Positions 47,658-58,107 of a stretch of DNA of 64,000 bases are shown here, piece by piece (the stretch's first letter is position 1; every line of letters starts with the position of its first letter). This stretch comes from a virus (taxonomy: Duplodnaviria > Caudoviricetes). The notes beneath the pieces are model-generated. The model was given only the letters and a program-made list of their open reading frames with translations. It searched no databases and was not told where the DNA came from. The DNA lies in the IMG/VR virus record IMGVR_UViG_3300013232_000197, positions 17,008 through 81,007 of that record; one strand, 5' to 3'. Made by a program: the position numbers and the translations under genes.

Positions 47658-48089
47658 CTCCACCTACGATTTATTTGAAAAGTGCTGGCAAGAGGAACTT
47701 TCCAAGGAACTATTGTTCCTGTCTATACTGGATGAAAGTGGTGATGTCTATCCATCAAAGGTTAAAGCATCATTACGCAAGTACCGCAAAAATAGAATTA
47801 AGCGGTGTAAGTGGAATATTACCCGAGCCATCAATCTCCAAAGGAAATCAAATGGCGAATAACCGATTTACAGGAGAACATTCAACTCTTCTTATTAACT
47901 TCGACCATGTTGTGTATGCCACAAGTGATGGCCCACAGGGCGGGCAACTAAAAGTTGTTATGAGCAATGGCAAAATACTCATATTAACCCACGGAAATGC
48001 CGACATGTTCCGCAATCAATGGCGGGAATATCCAAACTCTAAATCAGAAAGACCTTGACTCCTAACGGCAATCTGTTATACTCTACACA

Positions 48090-49037
48090 ATGAAAGACCA
48101 TAAATGTATTGTCTTCGCCGGAAAAGCCAACGAGCAACTTGCTAAAGCGGTTGCGCTCCCTTCTTACGGTATCACTCTTGGTCAAATCTTCCATCACCAG
48201 TTTCCCTCTGATGAATGGTACTGTCAGTTGAAAGAGAATGTCCGTGGGGCGGATGTATTTCTACTTCAATCTATTATTAAGCCCGCCAATGATAACTTGG
48301 TGCAATTGCTGATTATGGCGGATGCTGCCCGAAGAGCTTCGGCAGGACGTATTACGGCAGTTATTCCGTACATGGGGTACTCTCGCCAAGACCGCAAGGA
48401 TAAGTCCCGAGTCCCCATCTCTGCCAAGTTAGTGATGGATATTATCGCCGCATCGGGTATTGATCGTGTAGTGACGATGGACCTTCACGCCGCACAGATT
48501 GCGGGGTTTACCAATCTACCATTTGATCATCTTCATTTCCGACCTGAGTTGATGGTTGCTTTGAAAGATAAAGGTATTCAAGTGGTAGTTGCTCCCGATA
48601 TTGGGGCGGTGAAAAAAGCAGAAGAATATGCCAACAAGGCGGATATTGACTTGGCATTCATTTCCAAGAAACGCAAGGATGATACCACGGTTGAAGTGAC
48701 TCAGTTCGTGGGTGACGTGAAGGACAAGACCGTTCTTCTCCTTGATGACCTTACGGAATCGGCAGGCACGCTGGTCAATGCTGCTATTTGTTGCAGAAAG
48801 AATGGAGCAAAGAAAGTCATTGCTGCGGTGACTCACGCTGCTCTCAGTGACATTGGCGGGAAAAGATTGTGGGAGGCAAAATGCAATGGTACAATTGACG
48901 AATTCTATTGCTCCGACACTATTCCCCAAGGGGATAAGGTTTGGTACACCGATACCATCGTCAGTGTTGCCGATGTCTTCTCCAAGGCCATCCACGGCAT
49001 TCACAACGACCATAGTATCAGTTCATTGTTTGTATGA
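48090..49037 (+). CDS. prs: ribose-phosphate pyrophosphokinase (Prs family)
   Basis: FPSDE, PYMGYSRQDRK, DLHAAQI, APDIG, KKRK, LDDLTESAGTL; promoter 48055-48082 7 nt upstream. Confidence 0.93.
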   Translation: MKDHKCIVFAGKANEQLAKAVALPSYGITLGQIFHHQFPSDEWYCQLKENVRGADVFLLQSIIKPANDNLVQLLIMADAARRASAGRITAVIPYMGYSRQDRKDKSRVPISAKLVMDIIAASGIDRVVTMDLHAAQIAGFTNLPFDHLHFRPELMVALKDKGIQVVVAPDIGAVKKAEEYANKADIDLAFISKKRKDDTTVEVTQFVGDVKDKTVLLLDDLTESAGTLVNAAICCRKNGAKKVIAAVTHAALSDIGGKRLWEAKCNGTIDEFYCSDTIPQGDKVWYTDTIVSVADVFSKAIHGIHNDHSISSLFV

Positions 49038-49043
49038 AATAAA

Positions 49044-49268
49044 ATGATGCACCCTCGCACTGCTAAAAAGATACTTGATGACGATGACAATTTTGATGTC
49101 GCCGAGATAGCAGATGCTTTGGCAGAGAAAGCAAAGCAGAAAGAAAACCCTATTCCTTCAAGAGCACGGTCATTGAGTGCTTTCTTACGGAAACAATTGA
49201 AGGAGCGGGAGGAGATAGAGTGGAAACGGGCGTTTGCAAAAGTTTGGAACAAAAAGAAATCTGGTTGA
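49044..49268 (+). CDS. hypothetical protein
   Basis: Packed ORF. Confidence 0.55.
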   Translation: MMHPRTAKKILDDDDNFDVAEIADALAEKAKQKENPIPSRARSLSAFLRKQLKEREEIEWKRAFAKVWNKKKSG

Positions 49269-49345
49269 CATTCTACTGGAGTATGCTATAGTGACTTCAT
49301 GAAAACGCTAAATCCAAATTGGGTAAACGAAGTTGGGACAACCTA

Positions 49346-49738
49346 ATGACCCGCCTCGAAGGAAAAAATTATCGCTTGTGGATAGTGCAAGTGGTTCACG
49401 TTGAAGACCCACATCCTGCTTCTCCTGCGGCACTTGTTCTTCTCGCCAAAAAGTATTTTAGTCAAGACAAGGGTATCTACACTGATACTCGGATGGAACG
49501 CATTCGTCGGCGATGGATGCGAATGCAACCACGGGACAGAAAAAATGGCTTGACCTGTGCCATTTGTGGGAAAAAAGGATTGAATCCTCATACTAAACAT
49601 GGGGATAATAATCAAGCGACTCTTGATCATATTATTGAGTTGAATAGGGGAGGACGGTGGGATGACCCCGCCAACTTTCAAGTAGCTTGTTACCGATGCA
49701 ATACACGGAAGAATGCCACACCTAAAAAACACGCTTGA
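49346..49738 (+). CDS. HNH endonuclease (McrA-like zinc-binding type)
   Basis: CAIC, TLDHII..GG..N.QVAC..CN..K. Confidence 0.82.
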   Translation: MTRLEGKNYRLWIVQVVHVEDPHPASPAALVLLAKKYFSQDKGIYTDTRMERIRRRWMRMQPRDRKNGLTCAICGKKGLNPHTKHGDNNQATLDHIIELNRGGRWDDPANFQVACYRCNTRKNATPKKHA

Positions 49739-49790
49739 CTTCCTTCTAGCAGTGTGGTAAACTTCAAGTTGAAACTAGAAGATAAACTTT

Positions 49791-50795
49791 ATGAAAACAA
49801 AGAAAGCAAAATCGTGGGAAACCATCTCCGAGGGTATCGTTACCCTGAACGACATTACGAATCTTACCGACATGCGTTGGCCAATTGTACTGAATCTGTT
49901 GTCGGTATCTGGGCCAGCCACAGCAACCATTCAAGTCGTGCCTGTGCGTGGTCCAGCCTACAACGTGCTTAACGGGGTGCATTTCTCCCCACCCACAAAG
50001 GTAAACCTAAAGCCATATAAATATCTTTCTGCTGCTGTAAGGCGAGCCGTTAAAGAATACAAGGTGGCGATCAGGTCTGGAAACTGGAAGATGCTGACCA
50101 AGTAAGGTTATCCGTGAGATTCATTGATCTAAAACCTCTGTCCATTGCTCGATTGAAAGCATATCGAAAGTCCATTTTGGCAAAGATAAGTGGATTTGAA
50201 GTGTGCGACTGCGGCGGCGAAGGGTGTGACAATGCCATTCACCATAACAAAGACAACCCAAACTATATCAATCTCTGTACTGTGCGTGACCGAGTGAATA
50301 AAGAACTGACTCGTAAACAAAAGTTGGAATATGAAGCGAAACAGAATTCTGCTCATGTTTCGACAGTAGCAGAAGAAGCTCGATGGCTTAGAAAGAAACG
50401 AAAATGATACATTTATTCAATGACCAAGAGGATTGGACTGACGTAGCCAAACGATACGACATTGAAGTGACTAATCTTTTACGTCCACTCGTTGAGCGGG
50501 CACAGCAAGAAGGAATTTCGCTCAGAGATTTGCAGACAGTCATCAATGCATCTTCTCAAGATTTGATTTTGTCCAAGATATTGAAGTGGGATTGAATATG
50601 AAAATCGAAGTTGACATAGAGCTATTGCTTGAAGCCCGTGATGGCTTGAAAGCATATGGACAGTCAGCTACACAGAATACAGTGGACAAACTAAACAAAG
50701 TCATTCTGGATGCCGTAGGACCAGATGATGACTCTCGATGTTTTATCTGCGGACATTTGAATCATTTTGATGAACCCTATGAAAATCAACCTTGA
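49791..50795 (+). other. run of small hypothetical ORFs (49791..50105, 50114..50407, 50404..50595, 50586..50795)
   Basis: Packed; promoter at 49735-49763. Confidence 0.55.
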
Positions 50796-51873
50796 CACCA
50801 TAGACCGTGAGCAATTCATGGTCCACCAACACCTTCTCAATGGAGAAGTCCTATGGCTTGTACAACCCAATCATATTGGTGCCAAGTTTACTCAGGCCAA
50901 CAAGTACTTTCGTTCCTCTCTATGGAATAATGATGGTGAACTTGTATCTGCGGGCTTCCCGAAGTTTACCAACTGGGGTGAAAATCCCGAGCACTTTCCT
51001 GTGCCTACCTCGTTGAAAGGTACCACTATCGTTGAAAAGGTAGATGGCTCATTGCTTGTCGTGTCCAAGTACAAGAAACAGTATATTCTACGTACTCGTG
51101 GTACTTCAGACGCAACCGTGCTAAATAATGGTGCTGAGCTTGAGATATTCAAACAAACAATTCTGCCTCATTTGACTGGTGACGGTGATACTTGGAATAT
51201 CTCATTTCTGTTTGAATGGGTATCTCCATTGCAGAAAATCATCCTTAACTATGGAGATCAACCCGATTGGTATTTAGTTGGCGTTGTCCATCATTCTGAT
51301 TATTCCTTGGCTACCCAAGAGGGTTTGGATGAATGGGCAAACAACAATGGTCATCTAAAACGTCCTGTCACCTATGACTTTCCTTCTGTCCAAGACCTAA
51401 TGCTTGGCGTTGACGAGTGGAAAGGAAAGGAAGGCGTCTGCGTCTATTCCAATGGTGGGCAAACTATTCATAAGGTCAAAAGCTTATGGTATTTAAGTTT
51501 ACATAGAATGAAAGAGGCACTCGCTTCTTTCGATAAGGTTGTTGATGTATGGTACACTCAAGGCGAACCTCCCTATCAGGAGTTTGAAAAAAATATTACT
51601 AATCAGTTTGATTTTGAGTTGTGGCAACAAATTCGTGGCGAGGCAAGTCGTATTTGTGATGGTTCCAAAGATGTACAGAAAATCATTGAAGGGATGAAGG
51701 TCTTTGTCAAAGATACTCTATTGCCTATGCCTACTCGAAAAGACCAAGCACAGAAGGTCATCGCTTCCTATGGCAATACTAATAGGGCCTCCTTCATATT
51801 CAAATTACTTGACGGCAAGGAACTCGGGTCCGAAGATCGCAAAAAGTTGCTTTATCAAGTACTTAAGAAGTAA
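50779..51873 (+). CDS. Rnl1-like (T4-type) RNA ligase
   Basis: GFPKFTNWGE, VEKVDGSL, LFEW, EGVC, KVKS. Confidence 0.85.
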   Translation: MKINLDTIDREQFMVHQHLLNGEVLWLVQPNHIGAKFTQANKYFRSSLWNNDGELVSAGFPKFTNWGENPEHFPVPTSLKGTTIVEKVDGSLLVVSKYKKQYILRTRGTSDATVLNNGAELEIFKQTILPHLTGDGDTWNISFLFEWVSPLQKIILNYGDQPDWYLVGVVHHSDYSLATQEGLDEWANNNGHLKRPVTYDFPSVQDLMLGVDEWKGKEGVCVYSNGGQTIHKVKSLWYLSLHRMKEALASFDKVVDVWYTQGEPPYQEFEKNITNQFDFELWQQIRGEASRICDGSKDVQKIIEGMKVFVKDTLLPMPTRKDQAQKVIASYGNTNRASFIFKLLDGKELGSEDRKKLLYQVLKK

Positions 51874-51926
51874 ACATTCACTTAAAATAGTTTGTCTTTA
51901 ATGTTTACTTTGAGATATTTATTTGC

Positions 51927-52487
51927 ATGAACAAAAAATATACTGAAGAAACTCTCCGTGGAAAAAAGTATAATGCTCTTACATTTCTTTCTATAGATCA
52001 CTACGACACTCATACGTCCGCAATTTGTAGATGGAAATGTGATTGTGGTAAAGAAATATTTGCTCGTGCCTATGAAGTAATTCGTGGTAGAAAAAAGTCA
52101 TGTGATTGTAGAATGTATCGAAAAGGATCGAGAAGCCATGAATGGACGGGATACGAAGAAATTCCTGGTAGTTATTGGAATTCTGTAAAGCAAAATGCAA
52201 AAACTAGGAACCTAAAACTTCGGATTACTATAAAGGATGGATGGACTATATTTCTCAAACAGGGTAGAAAATGTGCTCTGACTGGAGAAATTATTCAATT
52301 TGCTTCTATGACGAAAGCTAAAGATGGAACTGCATCTCTTGACCGAATTGATAGTGACAAACATTATACATTAGACAATGTGCAATGGGTTCATAAAAAT
52401 GTCAATAATATGAAAAAAGGTCTTTCGGAATCTGAATTTATTACATGGTGCTGCAAAGTATCGAAACATCAAGTCCTGAAGAAATAA
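51927..52487 (+). CDS. free-standing HNH homing endonuclease, paralog of 11385..12056
   Basis: WKCDCG, CALTG, ASLDRIDSDKHY..NVQWVHKNVNNMK; ATATTTAT upstream. Confidence 0.85.
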   Translation: MNKKYTEETLRGKKYNALTFLSIDHYDTHTSAICRWKCDCGKEIFARAYEVIRGRKKSCDCRMYRKGSRSHEWTGYEEIPGSYWNSVKQNAKTRNLKLRITIKDGWTIFLKQGRKCALTGEIIQFASMTKAKDGTASLDRIDSDKHYTLDNVQWVHKNVNNMKKGLSESEFITWCCKVSKHQVLKK

Positions 52488-52703
52488 CCCTATGCTTAAA
52501 TATCTTTTAGTTCCCTTTGCCATTGCTAAGTTATTCTTTTCATTGGTAATGACGCTGGTATTCGTGCCTATCTATCTCTTGCTCTGTCCGTATGCCCACA
52601 ATCCTGATCAAGCATACGTGGATAGAATGAACTACATTCACCACTTTCAGGACTTGCTCTAAATACCCCTTGACTTTTTTCAGGATTGTGGTATAGTGTG
52701 GGC

Positions 52704-55186
52704 ATGAATAACAACTCTGCCCTTCCGCTTACAGTGGTAATTATGATGTCAATCTGCCTACTTATATTTGCAGGCCGAATTCTTAATCTTGAAAATAAGT
52801 CACACAAGCTCAACCAGACGATTGCTCATTACGAGGAAACATATCTTCGTAAACAGGGAGCCACTTCCATATGGAAAGGTTCTCATGGGGAAATGTTGAA
52901 CTATGAGTTTCGCAGCTTTGACGGCGGAAAGAAATGGTACGCTGTTAGCTATGATCGCAATGGAGGATTGATCGTGATGGGTGAAGCGGACGCTGTTTAT
53001 CCGGGATTACTGTCTCACCTTCAGGGTATGGATGCCTTGTTTGGTGCTGTGCTCAAGAATGGGCCTTTGAATCTCGATCATCCCAAATCAGTAGAATTGT
53101 TGAAAAATGCTGGGTTTGATATTGTAACCTCAACCAACAACTAAAAATATGAATGACGTTAATCAAAACACTTACGTTGCTTTGCGTGAGAAAGAGTTGA
53201 CTCGTTATCAGTTGCTTGAACTGACGAGGGCAATGAGAGAGCTTGCCGAAGGAATGGGCGAACATTTTGCCTGGGATACGTTGAGGCATACTACCAATGC
53301 AATTCGATATATCAATGAGTTTCGTGGCAACATTCTTCCTACTCCCAAGTTGACAGATGAGGAAGCAAATCTGTCTGCCAACTTGCATACCTATATGCGA
53401 AAAGGAATGGATTGTCCCTTGGGTACAATGCTTTATTGTTTAATCTCCGAGAACCGTGGAACAAGCATTTGGTATGCTTTTGTCAAAGCATTGGTTTCCT
53501 GTACGGACACACACCCAATTCGACTTTATGCCTTCGCTGTTAGCAAGGCAGAGGAAATGTACAAGGCTGCCAACAACACCACTGACGATCTCTTTATGCT
53601 TTCTACGTTGCGTCTGTGGGAAGACGACTTCCCCAATGCAATGACGTGGGTGAAAGGAGAATGATTATGAATATCAATCCAAAATTCGGATTCATCCTCT
53701 CAATGGGCGTTCTGGTCGTTACATTGGCTTGTGCGACAATCGTGTTCCACAACAAATTTTCATCCAAATACGTGCCCAACAAACGGGTCAACATTGAACG
53801 GGATTTTACTCCCGAACAAAAAGCAGTCATCAATGCTGTTCGTCAAGCACAAGCTGATTTGGACAAGAGCAAGGCAGAGCTTGTTCAACTTATTGCTGAC
53901 GCCAAAGCAACTGCCATTGCTAAGAATCTTGACCCCAGTGTAAAGACCGAATACATTGCTCATGGTGTCAATGGAAGTTGGGCGATTCGTGATCGTACTA
54001 ATCCAGTTCCCGTCCTTCTTGGGTTTAGGAGTGATCGTATCGTAACATGGAAATTTGCCGACGAATAAAATAACTCTTGACAGACACCCTCGAAAGGTGT
54101 AATCTACTCGTATGAAACTTAAAGAACGCTTGAAAATGACTCGTGGTATTGCCCCATGTTCATGTGGTAAATACAAAACTCTCAAACGCCGGGTTGATTT
54201 TGCCGATGGCACTTTTGTTAATGCTGGCAAACGGGTGAGAATCCTCAGCGTGGGTATGTTTGGAACCAGAATCCAGATCCCCTCGTTGAAATTTGCAACC
54301 GCTTCAGTCGCCCTCAATGCAGTCAAATGGAAGTAATACCCTTGACATTCCCGTAAACCCTGATACACTATTCACAATATGAAAACTAAATTCATCGCTC
54401 TCTTACTGGCTGTCTTGACTACCTTCGCCGTGGTGGGGCAGGAAACACTTAAAGTTGACGTTACCAAGCTGACTCAGCAAGAGCTTCTTGTATATCAGAA
54501 AATGAAGCAAAATGCCAATGAAGCCAGTTTGACATTGGATAGCATCACTCCAGACAAAATCAATACCTATGCCGAAGTCGGTAGGGCATTCGGTTCAGCT
54601 TTCAAAGAGTGTTGGACCACGGTTAGCACGGATGCCGAGCGGTTTGCCAACTCGTCTGCGGGCAAATGGGCAATGGTCCTTGTGTCATGGAAGATTATGG
54701 GCAAGGATGCCACACAACTGGTGCGAGATACCGTTAAGATTTCCATTGGCATGTGTCTCTTGACAGTAGGAGTTCCATTTTTTATCTACATCATTCGCCG
54801 CAACTGTGTATCCGTACCAAAGCTTAAGTCGTCTAGTAAAATCTTTTGGCTCACATACAAGCGAGAGTATGAGGGCATGACCGTGCCAATTCACGGCGGC
54901 GGAGAAGCAATAGTTTACGGGGTTGCTCTTGTTGTCTTCATCATAATGTGCTGTCTCATTATGTTCACGTAACAACCAACGAAACTACACACCAATGAAT
55001 ACTATAATCAAACTGCTCAATACTTTCTGTGAGAACCCGCCGCTGATGTTTCTTACTTGCATTCTGATCATCTTTGTTTGCACGCTTATCTACGCAAGCT
55101 TGAAGGCAGCATTCCTCGTCCTCGGCATTTTGATATTCGTACTTATGATTGGGTACTCTATCACTAAGTATGGTATAGGTCTGTAA
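52704..55186 (+). other. run of hypothetical ORFs, several membrane-anchored or secreted (52704..53144, 53149..53664, 53661..54068, 54112..54336, 54379..54972, 54995..55186)
   Basis: Hydrophobic N-termini; promoters at 52670, 54077 and 54342. Confidence 0.6.
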
Positions 55187-55279
55187 AGGGAATCCTATGG
55201 AAAAAATCATCGATCTAGTGTTTCAGCATCCTTTTTTCACGATTATCTTCATTATCGTGGTCGGAAGCATCATTGACGA

Positions 55280-55684
55280 ATGGATTCAAACATGGGCGAA
55301 AAAGCGAAAATAACTTTCTCGGTCTTCCATAGCCAGTCACATTTCCCCCGCATGATCCGAGTCATACGGGAAAATCATTTATACGTCAGAGGGTGGCTTA
55401 TGAGTGATTGGATGCATAATCCAGAACACATCCTTCTCATTATTGTTTGTAAATATAACAACAAACCAGTTGCCGTGGGAATGTTACACGAAAAAGGATG
55501 GGCGGGATGTCCAAACGTAGGTATCTTCGTCAAACCCGCTTATCGCAACAAGGGAATAGGTACGAAAATCATTAACAAAATCGCCAATGCCGGATTACCG
55601 TTGAAGGTTGCTTACGGAAACGTGGCCAGTCAATCTTTCTATTCACGCCTCAAAGCCAAGCTAGAACTAAACATAGTGTACTGA
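55280..55684 (+). CDS. GNAT-family acetyltransferase
   Basis: IFVKPAYRNKGIGTKII (motif A), FY. Confidence 0.8.
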   Translation: MDSNMGEKAKITFSVFHSQSHFPRMIRVIRENHLYVRGWLMSDWMHNPEHILLIIVCKYNNKPVAVGMLHEKGWAGCPNVGIFVKPAYRNKGIGTKIINKIANAGLPLKVAYGNVASQSFYSRLKAKLELNIVY

Positions 55685-55685
55685 T

Positions 55686-57294
55686 ATGGTTATCGGCTTC
55701 CTTGAACTATCAAACTGGACTGGTATCTCTGTTGGAGCAGTTCATTGGTATGCCAGACTTATTATAGATCAACCATACGAAAACATAGAAATCCTTCATC
55801 CATTATCAGAGAAAGAAATTAGGAAGCTAAACATAGAAGAAGGATACACTTCTCATACCAAAGGCGATTTGACTCACAAGTTTGATACGGAGGCGGAAGC
55901 CCTGGCATTTGGTAAACAAACATTCAAGTCCAAATATACAGGTGTTCTCTTTCGTGGGGATGCAGCGTGTCGTAGTCCATGGATAAAAGCTATTGTGTAT
56001 CCAACTGCCTTCTCCAGCCTCATCGAACGAATGAATAAAATCGCAGATAAGTTTATTGCTCTCAATGGCTATGAAGGCAGCCATCAAACGGTGGTGGAGA
56101 GACTAGACCACAAGTGGGGCAAGCTGTATGAAACTCTGCGGCAGCGGTGCAAAAATGCCACTTGACTTTTTCTATCAGTCTGCTACAATGTTTCCACGAT
56201 GAAAGATGTCCATACAGAACATTGTTGCGTGATTCACGGGTGCAAGTACGGGGATGAAGATTGCTCTGTAGTTGCTAAACGCCTGCCTCAGAGCTTTCCT
56301 TGCGAGCGATGTGAGAATGATGGCATTCGTGATATGGACGATTTGAGGCTGGTGGTTACTGGCATTAAACAGACTTGTCCTTACTGTAACCATACGCTCC
56401 CGTAAACAATAATCATTATTATCCTATGTTGTTCGATGCTATCTACATAGATATTGACATCCAAAGGGATGCCGATGTACTGGCATGGTTGGTTGCTGGT
56501 GTAAAAAAGCTTAAAGGATGGATGATTGACCCCAACGTTCTTATGAATTCCGTCCACAGGATTTATCGTTTTGGATTGGAATCCCGACGCTTTAGCTGGT
56601 GGGGCGATAACGGTAACACGGATATACAAGTCGTTACCAATGTCGAACAAGTGGCGGATATTCTCACATTTATTCGTGAGAGAGGAGACTCGTTTATTGG
56701 TATTGAAGTCCCCGCTGCACTTCCAAACCTCCAGCATATTATCTATTCTAATAGTCTATTAGAGGAATATAATAGTAAGTATGATACGTATGTTTACAAA
56801 CCCACTCCCACTCCACAGATCAATCCACAGGAACCATGGTATTATACAAAGAACACCAAGACTAGCATAATTGGCGAAATTATTTCTGAATACATTGATA
56901 CAATAGAGGCATACTACAATGCCCCAAAAAACATATGAAAGAAGAAGTTTACCTGTGCTACAGCGAAGGCGATCCCACAATCAAAATGCGGGATGACGCA
57001 ATGGAAGCAGCAATGCCCACTGCCGAAGCCATCTTGGCTCATTTCAATGACGGCATTGATTATCTCAGAAAGCATTGTCCAACTTCCAGGTCCGTACAGG
57101 AAGCGTACCACCTTGACCTGAACGCTTTGAAGGCGTCACGGGAGATATGGCAACAAATGAGAAACCCATATATTGCTACCAATGATGTCTCTCACCCCAA
57201 CAATTGGACGAAGTATCAACTTCTGACTTTGGCGAGCATTATTCAACTGAAGCTTGGTATCCCCATATATGAGAAAGATCTCCCTAAGAAATGA
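55686..57294 (+). other. hypothetical ORFs (55686..56165, 56199..56405 Cys-rich, 56426..56938, 56935..57294)
   Basis: Packed; promoter at 56162-56189. Confidence 0.6.
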
Positions 57295-57329
57295 TGCCTT
57301 TCTCTTGCTGCGTCCTATATTTATAGGAT

Positions 57330-58070
57330 ATGCAGAAAAGAGTCATCATCAATAAAGGTAAGAAGTACATTGTCAACACTGTGGGATGGGAGGACGGTGT
57401 ATTTGTAGAAGGTGGTAGTCTATCTTTTGGGGCAGCCAATCAATTTCTTACCATTACGTCAAGTGCTCAATGGGCACCTGGCACCGGCAGCTTCACAGTA
57501 GAATGGTGGCAATACCAAATATCTCAACCAGCGTTTTCCAGAGTCTTCACTGTTAAATCGTGGCCTTCGGCTGAGATAGGAGTTAGCATTGAGACGGGAG
57601 GAAACTTTTATTTATGGTTAGATGGCCTTGGAAATGTGCCTGCCGTGGCAAACTCAGGTTCCATTCGTACTCCATATCTTAATACTTGGACTCACTTCGC
57701 AGTGGTGCGTGAAAGTGGAAGCTTTCTACAAATATTTCAAAATGGTACCCCCATAAAGACCATTACCGACCCCGCCAATGTGTACATGATGGCCAATATC
57801 AATAATACTACATCATCATTTTTCATTGGTGGTGAAGGAGACAATGTGGTAGCTACTCGTTTTTCTGGAAGTATAACAAACTTTAGATTCGTCAACGGAT
57901 ATGCCATGTACTCTGGCAGTTTTACTTCTGCCTATACCCCATTTCCAACGCTTGGGACTACTTTACTAATCAATGCCGATACTAACCAAGCGCCCTATGT
58001 ATATGACAACAGCGGATACAATAACCCCATAACACAAAGTAGCGTTAGTTGGAGTTACTCTCACCCTTAA
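57330..58070 (+). CDS. LamG/concanavalin-A-like lectin domain protein (possibly virion-associated)
   Basis: FTVEWW, WTHFAVVR, IFQNG, FIGG, FSGSITNFRF; ATATTTAT upstream. Confidence 0.8.
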   Translation: MQKRVIINKGKKYIVNTVGWEDGVFVEGGSLSFGAANQFLTITSSAQWAPGTGSFTVEWWQYQISQPAFSRVFTVKSWPSAEIGVSIETGGNFYLWLDGLGNVPAVANSGSIRTPYLNTWTHFAVVRESGSFLQIFQNGTPIKTITDPANVYMMANINNTTSSFFIGGEGDNVVATRFSGSITNFRFVNGYAMYSGSFTSAYTPFPTLGTTLLINADTNQAPYVYDNSGYNNPITQSSVSWSYSHP

Positions 58071-58107
58071 ATCATCAAACTCAAAAGTCTATTAATTCTG
58101 ACAGAAC

